Shown here: one piece after another, positions 23,993 to 38,545 of the stretch
How positions within the stretch are numbered: the first letter of the stretch is position 1
Layout of the letters: every line of letters starts with the position of its first letter
Assembly (NCBI RefSeq): GCF_964355755.1
Contig: NC_092672.1
Span: 15,500,001 to 15,564,000 of the forward strand
Direction: 5' to 3'
Source: Antedon mediterranea
Lineage: Eukaryota > Animalia > Echinodermata
DNA length: 64,000 nt
The notes under the pieces: generated by a model
What the model saw: only the letters and a program-made list of their open reading frames with translations
What the model was told of the DNA's origin: nothing
Databases searched by the model: none
Made by a program: the position numbers and the translations under genes

Positions 23993-25039
23993 GTCTGTCA
24001 TGTCAAAACAATATTGTGTATTCTTTCTGACCATGTCATGCAGAACCTATCACTGAATTACAATTACAATTGAACAATACAATCATTCTATCATTCAAAA
24101 ACTTCTCAACATTACAGTAGGTCATATGTTTTTGTGATTTTTCTAAAATAGAGACAACCAAATATACGTTATTTTAGGTATTAATAATATAGTTGATCAA
24201 TATGTGGCATTATGTGGACAACATAAAAAAGACAAATTAACAACACTGGCGGAGGGAAGAAAGTCTAATATTAAACTGTGTGAAATTATGTAAAAACAAC
24301 ATTTTAAGAAAATGACACTTTGTATTTCATTTCTTAAGATTTTATGTGTAAAATAAAATGTTTATCTCATAATTAATACTATAAAATAAATCATCAGTTG
24401 ATCTAGTAAAATAGTTTTTTTGGATAGATCTGTAGATCATTTTCCGTGAAAAAAAAATCCTATATTTTGACCACATAAACTGACCTTAAAACCCAAAACT
24501 GAAGATGGCATCCACCCCTATCGGTTTTTTCACCCCACAAAGGATACATTCAACATGATTGCCTGCTATTAACAAAAAATGCCCACAAACTTTTTATAGA
24601 GGACTTTGGTGTATTTGGCCTCTCTACTATAAACTTTTCAAGCAATCTAGGGAGACCAACAATTTGCAACACTGGAATGCTTACAAGAAAATCAGAAACA
24701 AAGTTAAATATGCTTAAAAAAACTCACAAAGTATTTCTTTTGAACCTGCTCTCTAAACCAGATAACACAAAAAATCATTTTGGTCATATGTCGGTTCTAA
24801 CCATCTATTTGAAATTGAAGGGAATATGTGCAGTAATCCTGATAATGCCTTCAATAAAGTTATAAGCAAGCCTGCAAACTACAGCGATTTGAATTGCTTT
24901 TGCTTATTCTTGCCTCCTTAGATTTCCGCCCGTCTTGTTTTTGTTACCTATGTTTAATGTATTTCAATTTTGAAGGCTAAATAAAGAATGAATGAATGAA
25001 TAAAAACTGATCCTACTGATGATACTTTCATTTTACGAA

Positions 25040-28000
25040 CTATAAATTACGAACTGGTCCAATGCAAACATGTGCATTTAAAATTTCAAAATGCGCAAAA
25101 TAAATTTTTAATCAATTTTCTACACTGATCATGACATTTTAAGCATGTCAAAAATTCCCACGCGCGCGACAAATTTTACGTGTAAGGTGCACACGGAGCA
25201 TAAAAATCATGTGTGTTTCTCTTAAATTATGATTTTACAGCCGTTCCTAGTCATTTAAAAAAAGATTGACATCATACGAACACGTTGATTTAGATCATTT
25301 GCGCACGTTTTAGTTGAAAAAGTTATAAAATATTGTAAAAAGAATGCCAATTTTGAATCTATTATAACTCTTCAGGATTAAAGGTGAACCCCAACTTATT
25401 ATGTAAGAAGATAAATTGTAGATATGAATTCATGGAGAATTTTTACCTCTCGGATGTTATGACGTCATCGTATGGCCACACAAATGTAAAATATAGGATT
25501 TTTGTCTCTTTTGTTATTGCTCATCACATTCAACAGAGCGCATCTCGCTTATACGTATTCCATTTCCCCCGATATTTTAATTTTGTCTATGTCAATCAAC
25601 TATCTTCCGCATGAGTTAAAAATATTTTAATTTTATGACATCATTATGTCTAAAAATGTAAATAACGTGGGTCACTTATTTTCATTTTTACAGTAAATTT
25701 CAATCTGTTATAGCTCGTCAGAATAAAAAGTGATAATCATGATTAAAATGTTTTCTGGAAGCTATTGGATTGTAGATACAAATTCATGTAAATATTTTGC
25801 CAATCAAATGTTGTGAAGACATCATATGGCCAGTTGAATAAAAAAAAGTCATATTTTCATATTTTGCGTCATAGTTCCTCAAATTTAAAAGAGCGCGCAT
25901 CTATATTTTACGTTCAAATTTCTTCTAAACGTTAAAAAGTTGTTGCTGAGATAATTTCCTTCTGAAATTGCTATCTTAGTGTTTCATTTTGATAACATCA
26001 CCATGTTAAAAATTGGAATAAATGGCGGGTCACGAAATTTCACCTATTCTACACTGTATGTATACACATTATACTCTGTATACTGTATAATACTATATGA
26101 CACATAGACAGAATTCAGCACTAACAACATGTCATAATCTTCATTTCAGGTCATAATGCCATAATCTTTTTCTGTGTGGAATATTCCAACGTATGACGTG
26201 CACGTGGCGTTTGTCCCGCGGATAACCCAAACTTGTCAAAGTGACATGTTCAAATCTAGTTTGTATTATATTTGTAAAATGTATTTTGCTTGAATAAATA
26301 ATAATAATAACAAATCAACCACACAAACAAAATTTCAACACCATAAAAAAAAAAAAAAATGAAATGAATAAAAATAAACACAAATGAACAAAACAAATCC
26401 AAATGGTTTGATCTTATTGTTGAACATAAAAACAACTTACCACCACAATTACGGAAAACAATTGACATTGTGTTTAGGTCATGTTTCTGCAGCAATGTAT
26501 TTTTCATTCCATTTATGTCCACTTTTTTATTCTAACTATTTCTGATTCTAATTAACAATGCTCACACACAAAAAAATGTGCATCTAACATGCACATGCTA
26601 TTTATTAGGCTTAGTCCATAGTAGGCTGCACCACAACGATTGTACAAACTGCATAGCGTCGATCAAAACCATTAAACAAGCGCCAACAGTTAACAGTATT
26701 GGCATTGTGAACGGTTTAGTTGGTGGTTAGTTTTTATTTTACACCACTCATGTTTATTTAATTGTTTGAATATTATGACTTTTTTAAATAAAAAAGTTCA
26801 TTTGTCTGAAGGAGAATAGTAGGAGTAAAAACATTATTAAACATAGAGCGATTTGCGCTCTATTGAATGTGACCAACTGTGTCGAAAGAGATAAAAATAC
26901 AATTTTTTAAATTTACATGGCCATATGACGACGTTATAACATACTTACGGTCTAAATTTCACATGAATTCATATCTACAACTCATTAAATTTTATAATAA
27001 GTTTAAAAAATAGGGGGTCACCAGCCATCCCGGAGAGCTATAATCAATTGAAAATAGGCATACTTTTACACAAGTTTTCATATAATTACCTATTTTCATT
27101 GTTTACAGTCATAATTCGTCAAAAATGAAAGGAACTTATCATAAACGGTATACAGAACAACCATCAAGTGCAAAAACGGTCTGTCTAAGCAGTGAGAACT
27201 AAGTACGTAAAAGTGTGTGCGCGATGCAACATTTTTTGAAAAATGTGAAATGCTTAAAATGTCCTGAAACGTGTAGAAGTTGATTAGAAATTGATTTTGA
27301 GCATTATGAATTGGCTTGCAGAAAAAAAGATCGATCAAAGATTTGTTTACCAAGTCAGCGCATGCTCATACCATGTCATCGCCATCCTGCATGACCGCAT
27401 GAATGCAACCGCGAATCTTAAAATTTTCGTCGGCCATATTTGAAGTCACGAAAGTCTTGAAAAAAACTAATTCGTGCTAATTCGTTCCCCAATTTCTTCT
27501 AGATTTCAATATGTTCTTGCACATGAGTTAAAAACAATTTTATTTTTATTACATCATCATATAAAAAAATGTCTATCTGATATCATGACGTCATCATATG
27601 GCCAGTTGAATTAAAAAAGTAAGATTTTCATCTTCTTCGTAAAAGCTCATCGAGTTTAAAAGAAAGCGCATCTCACTTTTATGTCCTCAAAATTCTTCAA
27701 ATTATCTTCTAAAATAGTTTTTTTTTATATGTCAATTTGTCGATGTCATCGTGTTAATAATTGGATTTAAAAGATGTGCTTTGTAATTTCATCTATGCTA
27801 TGCCGCTGTATATGCATACAGTATATTCTGAAAATACTGTAATATCTGTATGACACGAAATAGGTACAATTCAGCACTGTAAACATATTTAATTCATGTC
27901 ATACAGTAGGATGGCATAATAATTGTCAAGGTTCAAATAGTTAAACGTATGTGCATGTTGCGTTTGGGCGGATAACCCGAACCTGTCAAAATGACGAGTT

Positions 28001-29220
28001 CAAATCTAGTTCTTATTCTTATTATTTATTTCTCTCTGTACAAATTTGTGTAACAATTATCTCATAAATTGTTCAGAATGTCTTTTAAATACTTTAACTT
28101 AATCATAATAAGCTTTTCAGTGTGATCACTCAACCATGACGTCATTAATACGCGATTTTATGAAATCACATTATCAATCATATCTCCATAACTCTTTATC
28201 ACATATCAATAAAATTCACTATACTTAAACTTTAGGTCAAGGGTAAAAATATTAGCAAATAAAAATCTACTCGTTCCAAGGTCATGCGCATGAAATTACA
28301 TGCTAAAAATTGAAAAATTTAGAGCATGAATTAGGCCATTTGTGTGTTTCACAAAATTACTGCGCAAAAACATGTTTTTGCACGCACGATACTTAAAAAG
28401 CGTAAAAACACAAATACTAATGTTTTGTATAAATCGCATTCTACTCACAATCCTTAGTACATTCACAGAATTTGAGTTTATTCCGACTTAAAATAACGCA
28501 ATACGAGCACATTAAAAATGAGAAAATGCGCACATTAATTGCACAAAATTGCTGATAATGTTAAAAATAAGGCATTTTAAAAATGAAAATAATTCTTCAG
28601 GATGCACAATGACCTATAATTGTTTTATCTTATTCTGGAAGCCATTGAGTTGTAGACATAAATTCATGTAAACATTTGACGTAAAAATGTTTTGACGTAA
28701 TCAAATTATCCTTTTTTTGTAGGTTATAATTAACATTTAACAGCATGCATCTCGGTTATTTGAGCCCGATTTTTGCTCAAATTTCAGTATGTGCTTGTTC
28801 AATTAATTATCTTTCTCTTGAGTTGTCAGCGTTTAATTTTGATGACGTTATCACGCGTAAAAGTTGAATAACGTAGGTCGTGTAATTTCACCTTCAGCAT
28901 ATATTTAAATATCTCACAGCTCTTCAGAATTAAAGGTGACCTTGATTTTTATAACTTATTGTGAAAGCTGCTGAAATATAGATATGAATTCGTATTAAAA
29001 TTGTGCCTATCGGATTTTGTGACATTATCATATGGCCAGTTAAAGTTAAAAAGTAGTTTTTAAATTTCTTTAGTCAAAGTTAAACAAATTTCAAAGTGCG
29101 CTCACCGCGCTTCCAAGTGCCAAATTTTCTTCCAATTGTTATATTTTATTGCTCAATTCATTATCTTTGGATAAAAATTATAAAAATGATCACCTATAAG
29201 TCAATGAATTAAATTCTAGT
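25040..29220. mobile_element. Cluster of Helitron/Helentron-type non-autonomous copies
   Basis: Hairpin plus CTAG-T ends at about 26259 and 28009 (GAACCTGTCA-AAA-TGACGAGTTC-AAATCTAG); shared internal blocks; inverted copy at about 26840-27300. Confidence 0.6.
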
Positions 29221-30915
29221 TCTTACTGTTTCTGGAAAAAATGAAAATACCGATAAAACTATAAAAAAGGGAATATGGAATTCTCTTTATTCCAAGAGAT
29301 AAAGGAAATATTTTAAATGACTTTTTTCCCATTTATTCGTAATGCCCAAAAAGAAATAATACAAAATACGGAAGATTGATAAATAGTAAACATGTTATTG
29401 TTATTATCATTGTCACCATCATTATTATTATCATTAGTATTATATTATAGCATCATTATTATTAATAGTATATTCCTTTGAATTATATCATGGATGATTA
29501 TATAAAGTGTTATTGTCTAGATCTGGTTAACTAATTATGAAATCCTGCTAATAAAGCTGTCATTTGTGTCAAATAATATTGATGTTCAGTTAATATAACA
29601 TGCTTGGTTGACTTGTTAGTTATAAAGCAGACATAAAATATTCAGGCTTTTGTTGCCAAAGAGAACAAAAATTATTTTTCAACTGCATACAAATCATAAT
29701 GCAAGATTAATGATGTTCCTTTTGTTAAACAACTTATACATGATCATTTTTATTCTAATCAATAATTTACTTTATATTGCAAACAACTAATTATATTAGT
29801 TACCAAAGATAATTAATAAAAGATAATGAAAATGGATAGTAGTATATAAAAATAACAGAATTATTCATAACCAGGAAAGAGTGAAATTACATGGAAAACT
29901 CACGAGCCATTGAGACGTGTTAATCCACTTAATTGCTATTGTTCTCCATTATTTTGTGAAACAAATAGCCTAATCAAGAACATTAACACTACTTAATTAT
30001 TATAATAACGTATGTAGTACTCCCACGTATAACAGTTACGAATAAGAAAATTATCTGCTATTTGATAATAAGCGGGATTTCTTGCAGATCATATCCTTAA
30101 AAACCAAAACATATATACGCCCCCAACGTTAATATTCCAAATCCGAAACAATAATTCTTACCGTTTCTGGAAAAAATAAAAATACTGATAAAACTATAAA
30201 AAAGGAAATATGGAATTCTCTTCATTCCAAGAGATAAAGCAAATTGTTTAAATGCATTCCTAATGCCCAAAAAGAAATAATACAAAATACGGAAGATTGA
30301 TGAACGGGGAAAATATCAATTTTTGAAAAATTGTGAACATGTTATTGTTATTATCATCGTCACCGTCATTATTATTATCATTAGTATTATATTATAGCAT
30401 CATTATTATTAATAGTATATTCCTTTGAATTATATCATGGATGATTATATAAAGTGTTATTGTCTAGATCTGGTTAACTAATTATGAAATCCTGCTAATA
30501 AAGCTGTCATTTGTGTCAAGTAATATTGATGTTCAGTTAATATAACATGCTTGGTTGACTTGTTAGTTATAAAGCAGACATAAAATATTCAGGCTTTTGT
30601 TGCAAAAGAAAAAAAAACTATTTTTTCAACTGCATATAAATCATAATGCAAGATTAATGATGTTCCTTTTGTTAAACAACTTATACATGATCATTTTTAT
30701 TCTAATCAATAATTTACTTTATATTGCAAACAACTAATTATATTAGTTACCAAAGATAATTAATAAAAGATAATGAAAATGGATAGTAGTATATAAAAAT
30801 AACAGAATTATTCATAACCAGGAAAGAGTGAAATTACATGGAAAACTCACGAGCCATTAAGGCGTGTTATTTAATTAATGTTACTTAATTGCTATTGTTC
30901 TCCATTATTTTGTGA
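29221..30915 (+). repeat. Direct duplication of about 740 bp
   Basis: 29221-29960 and 30156-30915 nearly identical, separated by about 195 bp. Confidence 0.9.
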
Positions 30916-31232
30916 ATAAGTACCTCTTTGGTCCCATACGTCCAGTACTGCCATTTACTAAATATGCTGCCACCAACCTGTAGATATGTATTATATTATT
31001 AGATTATAGATATATATATATACCAGTCGTTTCTTTCAGAAATCTTGTTTTCTTTTTATGACAACGAAAAAGTGGTTTAGCACTTTGACTGATTTTGCGG
31101 ATTAGGCAAATTTCGGACACAGACAATAATACGACCATATCTATGGAACGCCCATAGTGCCGTTGGTGGGGAAACAATGACGCAACAGCAGCATAATATA
31201 GTAATATCGATTTCATTGTGTATTACTTCTTC

Positions 31233-31595
31233 GAGAGCGAGTGAGTGGCCGAGCGGTTAAGAAAGTGGAACCGTAATTATGTAGCCATAACATCGGCAAG
31301 GGTTCGAGGCTCACTCGCTCCATGGTTCTGGTGGTAGAACGAGTCTTCTCGGATAAGGACTATAAACCGTAGGTCCAGTGTACACATAGCTCATGTGCAC
31401 TTTAAAGAACCTAGTACATCTTTCGAGACGAGTAGGGGGTTACCCCGGTGTACTAGTCCACACAAACACAGCCACTGTCACACACAGCCACTGTGCAAAT
31501 TGGTCTTTACAAAAAACTAACTCACTTCACATCCAACCAAAAGTGCTATAATCTTCAAGTCTGAAGTTTGCACTAAATTGGAAGAAGAAGAAGAA
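31233..31595 (+). mobile_element. tRNA-derived SINE with Deu/Nin-type core
   Basis: A box TGGCCGAGCGG, B box GGTTCGAGGC, terminal stem GAGCGAGTGAG/CTCACTCGCTC; core GGACTATAAACCGTAGGTCC...GCACTTTAAAGAACC...AGGGGGTTACCCCGGTG; (GAA)n tail. Confidence 0.8.
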
Positions 31596-32036
31596 GGTTC
31601 TTTGCTTTTTGTTTTTACACAGACAAAATCAACACAGACAAACTACAAATGTTGCAATTAATAATCACTATACAGTGATAAAAATACCAATTACATATTT
31701 GAGGGCTATATACAAGAAGAAACAAGGAGTTACGTAAATGATACTAAAGATAATAATTTATCGGGGTAAATCAGTAATTGAAATTCGTATTCCAATGTTA
31801 AAAAACATGATAAAAATAGTTACATGCAAACACATACAAAAAACTATATAATATTTAGATATGTAAAAACGGTATTCAATTTTTTAAATATTTTTGGTCA
31901 GTCCATAAATGACGGTCAAACAACTGTAAAAGTGTTACGTTTATGAAGGTGTTAATTTGATTTATATATTTTCTTAGACAGTGACTGTAAAGTTACAAGT
32001 GACGGACGGGGGAAAAACGGCTGTGAGTGTACATTT

Positions 32037-34097
32037 GGGCCCAAGTGACTTTTTCGAGAAACATAACTTTTACCTCCCCATCTAATTGGAAAGCAATTTA
32101 GAGCATTTAATTCTTCTTTATATGACAAATATCCTTGGATTGAATACTCTCAATATGAAGACACAATATACTGTTTTAAATGCTGACATTTTGGTGCAGA
32201 CAAAATAAGCAAGTCCACTTTTTTAGTTGATAAGGGATATTGTAACTGGAAAAAATGGAAATATAAGATCCAACAAGCTATTGCAACATCAGTGTAGTTC
32301 TCCACATGCTGAAAGTGTTGATGCATGTGCACATTACAATGCCATCAAGTCGGGAAAACTAAAATCCATATCTGAGCTCCACAGTGATGCTTTTGCAAAA
32401 CTCATCAAGGATAATAGGCACTACATCTTATTGTTAATCGCACAACGTGAGACCGGAAGATCTTACCGAATGAGCAACATAGATGTCAAGAAGCTCAACT
32501 TCCGTCCTTCGTGTGGAAACTTCCTTGCTATTCTATCATTAGTTGCAAAACAAGATGATGTAATTGCAGAAAAGATACATAAGTATACACATTATAAGAA
32601 TTCAGAATGCCCTTTTAGAAATAATGAAGGACATGATTCTTGAACAAATAAAGAAAGAGCTACACGAAGCCTGAAGCCTGATTTTTCTCCGTCCTCTCTG
32701 ATGAATCAAAGGATACATCCAACAAAGAGCAATTGGTTGTCGCTGTTTGATATTGTTTCAAAAATGCAATATATGAAGAGTTTGTTGGTGTCACTAAAGC
32801 ACAAAGCCTGGATGCTGATCCAGACACCATAATTGATAAACTGATGTCAGTTGAAGCCAATATGAAGAATTGTATCGGGCACAGGGCTACGACGGTGCCT
32901 CTGTTGTTTCTGGACATTTAAATGGAGTTCAGCGTAAACTACCACAGAAAACAGGAGTGGATATGGCCTATTATGTCCATTGTTTCTACCACAGATTAAA
33001 CCTAGTAATTATTGACATCTCAAAAGTGCATTTCTGACATGGTAGCGTTATTCAATCAGCTTCACTCATTCCTTAGTTCCAGTACAGTACATGTTATGTG
33101 GGAAAAGATGCAAGGTAAGTATGGCTTAAAGCAAATGGAAATTGGTAGAGTGTCAGAAACACGCTGGTCATGTCAGACAAAGCAGTTTAACGCTTTTTGG
33201 AACCGAATGGAAATAGTAATCGAGGTTCTTAATGATGTTATCGATAACGACATTAATTCCAGTCGTATTACTGAAGCAACCGGTTATTTGCTGCAGATAG
33301 ATCGTCGGTTCCTACGATACCTGTCTGTACTAAGGCACGTTTTATCAAAAGCTAAGTTTGCATCTGATGTTCTTCAAACACCATCAAATGACTTGACACA
33401 CGTTGTTGACCTCATTGGTACGATGAAATAAATAACTGTCGGATAAGAAACTGCTGTCAGGAATTCTGGTACGCCGCAGAAGCGATTGCAGACAGGTTGT
33501 GTTTGCCTGAAACAACGAGACCAAAAGGGAAAGTTGCACCACCGACTACTCTACGTGCATATTATGTTGAAAGTAATATTGAACAGAGTGCTACTGATGG
33601 ATTTGATGTTTTCGTCCAGAATGTATTCAAAGTCATTGATAAAATAGATGGTGAACTTAACAGAAGGTTCAGTGAAAAAAACATCTCGATAATGAAAGGA
33701 ATCTCATCGTTTTGTCCAACATCTAATACGTTACTTGATTATTGGATTTGCTCAGCTTTTTAAAACAGAGCAATGTTCTTAAAAGTGAATTAGTTACGTT
33801 CTAACATCTATTTGGACGTATCTTAACAGAACAGCAACCTCGATCTCTTCTCCAGCTACACGCATATCTAGAAGATTTGAAGGAAGCTTTGTTTGAGGAG
33901 CGTATCAGTGTAGTGGCGTGCGCTTTGCCTGTGTCATCTGCCGAATGTGAACGCAATTTTATTTCAATGAGACTAATAACAAATTATTTGCGTTCGACAA
34001 TGGCAAATGCTCGTTTGGATGATGATGCTTGACCGAGGAAGCAAACTTGACCTCAACAACGTGATTGACAGATTTAAGGCAAAATTCCCAAATTGAA
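32037..34097 (+). pseudogene. Decayed hAT transposase (ZMYM1-like; TTF zinc finger, DUF4371, hATC)
   Basis: YPWIEYS..IYCFKC, GNFLAIL, FSVLSDESKDTSNKEQL, GYDGAS, YVHCFYHRLNL, ETRWS and LPVSSAECERNF; multiple stops and frameshifts. Confidence 0.9.
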
Positions 34098-34189
34098 TTT
34101 GTGTTTGAGAAAACGGTTTGAAATTAAACTAGTTGGATATTAGTTCTCTTTTCAATGTCCTGTATGTCATAACCTCTCATTCCAAAATT

Positions 34190-35030
34190 GAAAACAGAGA
34201 ACGTTCTGGCCACATAAATAATGTTCAAGTTTCTAGAGTATGCTACAGTAAACATCTTGGTGTAAACATTGATGAAACGCTAAGCTGGAAATACCATATT
34301 GAATATACTCGTGCAAAGGCTCTAAAAGGTTTAGGTATGCTTAAACGATGTAGACACATTTTTCAAAATAATATATTAAGAAATATTGCAAATTCTATTA
34401 TTATTCCACATCTAACTTATTGTAGTGTAATCTGGGGTAATTGTGGCTCAAGCTTTCTAAAAAAAAAAAACTGTACAAAATAGAAAAGCCCGAATCATAT
34501 TTGGCCTATCTTGGGATACACCAAGATGCACTTCAGCGAGTAAATTGGCTTACCCTCTCAACTAAAGATGAGTATGAATGTTGCATGTTAATTTATAAAG
34601 TTATGACGGGGCGTGCATCCACATATCTATCAAATCTAGTTAAACAAAATAATTTCAAATATAACTTTAGACATAATGATAAAAACCTCTATTATATGTT
34701 CCGAAACCTCGCACTGAGTATAAAAAACGTAGTATTCCTTATAGGGGGGTTATAACATTATATATTATTATATATCAATAAGATATGCCACAATCTCTGA
34801 ACGTATTAAAAAAAGAAATTGCAAACATATTTAAACTGGAAGCCTAATGCTGTATTATTTTATAAATTTTTTCTTTTAAGGTTTTTGTATAAATGTGTAT
34901 ACACTGTATTATTTGTATATATTATATTACCTATCACATTGTGGAAGAACACCTTTAATTTATGGTGAACGAATTTTATATTTTGTACTTTTGTATTTTA
35001 TAATTTCGTGAATAAATAAAGATTTTGGAT
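34190..35030 (+). mobile_element. LINE 3' fragment (L2/Crack-like) inserted in the hAT 3' region
   Basis: KHLGVNIDETLSWKYHI and PHLTYCSVIWG; AATAAA tail. Confidence 0.8.
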
Positions 35031-35379
35031 TTGATTGCATGGAGGTGTATCTATACCATGCTCATCACGTGTACAGTAAGTAATAATCATATAATTATAC
35101 GATAATACAAGACCACAAAAATAAGCCTTTTCACTATGTATATATTTATGCATAACCATGATGAATAGCCATATTTATTTACTTTCACTTCATTTTCAAC
35201 ATTTTTCGAAAAAGTTCGCCGGAAAGCGACCTTGGTGGATCATCATCCAAAATCCAAATGAAATAATTGATTTGCACATAATTTTATTTGCATCTACCAT
35301 AAAGAAAGGACAAAACTTTCCTCCCCTAAATCCAATTAAAACAGCCTTGAGTTACGCTAAAACGCTGTTGCTTCCAGGG

Positions 35380-35469
35380 GCCCTGGCCAGGTGATGCTCG
35401 CTCCGCTCGCATAGCCCCAGCGTTAGGCACTTCAGCCCACTCATCAGAAAAATCCTGTCGCCACCGCTG
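35380..35469. mobile_element. hAT-type right terminus
   Basis: Ends CCTGTCGCCACCGCTG (CAG terminus) after a GC-rich subterminal region; matching left end not found. Confidence 0.5.
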
Positions 35470-36088
35470 GTTCCAACCGAATGCGTGCATCTAACATATG
35501 CAAACAATTTACAGCCACCAGGACAATATTTCCAGATCTATAGTCATTTAATAACAAAATTGTTTTTGCCTATTTCAAGTCATGATTAAAATGTTATGCA
35601 TATATTTTTATATGCAAATAAGGCTTTTTATGCATTTTTATTTTTTATATATTAATGCTACTAAATTTACTAAATCTCCTCCAAAACCACTGAATGGTAC
35701 GTGCTCATATTTGGTACACTGATGTTTATTGATGGGCCACACACTATAGGCTATGTCACTTTTCTGAATTTTAAGGATAAACACTAACAAAAAAATGCAA
35801 AAAATAGCAGTAATTTGACCAAGTTTCGCGAGTTGTTACGTCACGTATCAACTACACAACCTTCTCCGTTGTGTATCGCAATGGCCTTATCTACAAACAC
35901 CATGTCGAGCCGCCACATTAAACGGTGTTTAGTTTCGGCAGCCGCCCAACCGTATCGACTGATCGCGTAGTTGAAGTTTTAATTAATTACACCTATCCTT
36001 AGAACAGAATGGCTTAGTGAGTAAACCGCCGTGGCCATTGAATGCTTAGTAGGTTCGAGTTTGAATCCGCGATATGTGTAAATAATAA

Positions 36089-36960
36089 GTATCTCCACTT
36101 AAAGCAAAAAATCTAAACCACAATGTAATTACAAAAGTAGCAAAAAAGATACCAAACCTAATGCAAAAAAATACAAAATATAAAAAACCATTAAAATTTT
36201 AAAAAAAGTAAAAACAAAAAAGCACACACACACAAATAAAATTACAAAGTATCAGATATAAAAGTTTCTGTCTGAGCGCGTCATCTAATTTCGAGAAGTG
36301 AGTGCACTTTTTGTGTCCGTTTTATTATTCCAATTACTGTAATTCTATAACATGAATTCATATTATATTCTAAAATGTTTTAATCTGCCGACTTCACTGA
36401 CAGACGTCACTTTCTGATGCACACCGTAGATTAATATTCACATAGCAAAAAGTCCAATATCCAAAATTGCGCTTTTATAATACTTAATGATCCCATTCGA
36501 ATGATTATTAAGGCAGACAAGACATGCGGAGCACAGGTTATTGCTAGACCACACAAAAGTAGCACATACATAACAAATCTCCCAAACCAAAAAAAATTGC
36601 GAAATATTAAAACGATTGAAATAAAAAAAATGTAAATGAAAAACACACACAAATAAAACGATTCCAAATGGTTTGATACATAGTTGAACAACAACTTAAC
36701 AATTCATGTTTCGGCAGAAATGTGTTTTTCATTTGAATTATGTTCACTTTTTTATTTTATCTAGATGTATCTTGGCTTATTTTTATAGTTTAGTTATTTT
36801 ATTTTCAACCTGTTATTGGTGTTTTACACTGTTGGCTTGAAATAAATAATAAAGAATAAAGAATAAAAAGTATCAAATAATGAATACACCACGAAAAACA
36901 CCCAAAATAATATAGTGTGGTATTTTATACTTTCGTTAGTGTTTGCGCGCATCATCTAAC
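36089..36960 (+). repeat. Unclassified interspersed repeat, copy 2
   Basis: Colinear with 13958-14695. Confidence 0.8.
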
Positions 36961-37149
36961 TAATCCACACTAAACACAATATTTGTTTAGCGTCTTTTAT
37001 TTTCTTAAAGTCTGAAAAGTCAAAAGTAAAGTCTAAAGTTCCATATCCAATATTGCTTCATTTTTTAGCTTACAGATATTTTACAGTGAAAGGATAGTGT
37101 ATAACAAAATCAATGGCCATAAAATAGTGAGAATCATATAAGTCATAAA

Positions 37150-38545
37150 GACTTTAAGTTTGACCCACCCAAAGATACAACATTTAATACAAAAAAGAAC
37201 AAAAAATATACATAAACTAATAATAAATAAAAGAAAACAAAGCTACAATTTCTATTTAAACCATATTCTCCAATCTTAACTGGTCTTATAAAATATATAT
37301 ATTTAACGTTCATCATATCTTAAAAGTAAATAGTTCTTGTATACTAATTTAAATTTAGAAGTTGTAGATACATTTTTAATATCTACATGGATTGAATTCC
37401 ATAATTTAGCTCCTTGGTGTTTAATAGAGTTCTTGATTGTTTGTACATTTAGGTAAAAGATAATCATTTGCATTGCGTGTATTATAACTATGTAGTTGAC
37501 TATGTTTCATAAAGTAGTTATTAAATGATTTTGGGAGTTTATTATTTTCGTATTTGTACATAAAGAAAGCAGATTGCAAACTATTGATATCAAATATATT
37601 TAATGTTTTAAATTTTAAAAAGAGTGGTTTGGTATGGGCTAGATAAGTTGATTTAGAACAAACACGAAGCGCTTTTTTCTGTAATTTGAGAGATGGTCCA
37701 ACTTTGAAGTTACCGTAGTAGTCAAAAAATGTTTATTTGTAATAGTTCCCCATAACAAATTACAATATGACAAATATGGAAGAACCATGGTATTATATAA
37801 TGAAAAAAGAATATTTGTTGGTAAAATATATTGAAGTTTGAAGTCAATATTTCTTGAAATCTGATTAGTAATTTTAGGTAATTGCTGTTTCCAGTTAAAT
37901 TGGGTGTCAATTGTGATTCCAAGAAAATGTGTATGTTGTTTTTCTGTAATTAAGAGATTATCAATTATTTTTTTAAAATTATTATTATTCCCTCGGTCTT
38001 CTGTCTTCTTTCAAAATATAAAAAATTAGTTTTATAAATATTCAGCGATAGTTTATTAGCCTTGAACCAATCTGAGACACACAGTAATTCCCTGTTAAGT
38101 GTTTCAAAAAGTGTATTAGTATTTTTATGGGATACAAAAATATTTGTATCATCAGCAAATAATATATAGTTTAATAACTCAGAAGAGTTTGGGATATCAT
38201 TTACATAAATAAGGAAATGCAAGGGACCTAAAGTAGATCCTTGTGGGACCCTACAGTTTACAGGCACTAAACTAGAAGTATGTGAATTAAAATATGTAAA
38301 CTGTTTTCTATCGTTAAGATAATTTGATAATAATAAACGAGGGAGTCCTCTGATGCCATAATGTTCAAGTTTATGTTTTAAAATGGTATGATTAATAGTG
38401 TCGAAGGCTTTCGATAAATCTATAAACACTCCAACTGTGTGTTTATTTTCAGATTTAGCAGAGGAGATTTTGTTGCAGATATCTAGTAATGCTAATTCGG
38501 TTGAGTGTTCTTTACGGAAACCATACTGATTAGGGTGAAACAAAT
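37150..38545 (-). mobile_element. 5'-truncated LINE (L2/Crack/Daphne-like) RT
   Basis: QYGFRKEHST, DLSKAFDT, VPQGSTLGP, FADDT and WFKANKLSLN; decayed C-terminus. Confidence 0.9.

Noticed and set aside
29221-30915. LTR pair/TRIM
   Set aside because: No TG...CA ends, PBS, PPT or TSD
31233-31322. tRNA gene
   Set aside because: No proper T-arm or anticodon arm; continues into a SINE core and tail
32037-34097. Domesticated ZMYM1-like gene
   Set aside because: Numerous stops and frameshifts; a dead hAT copy
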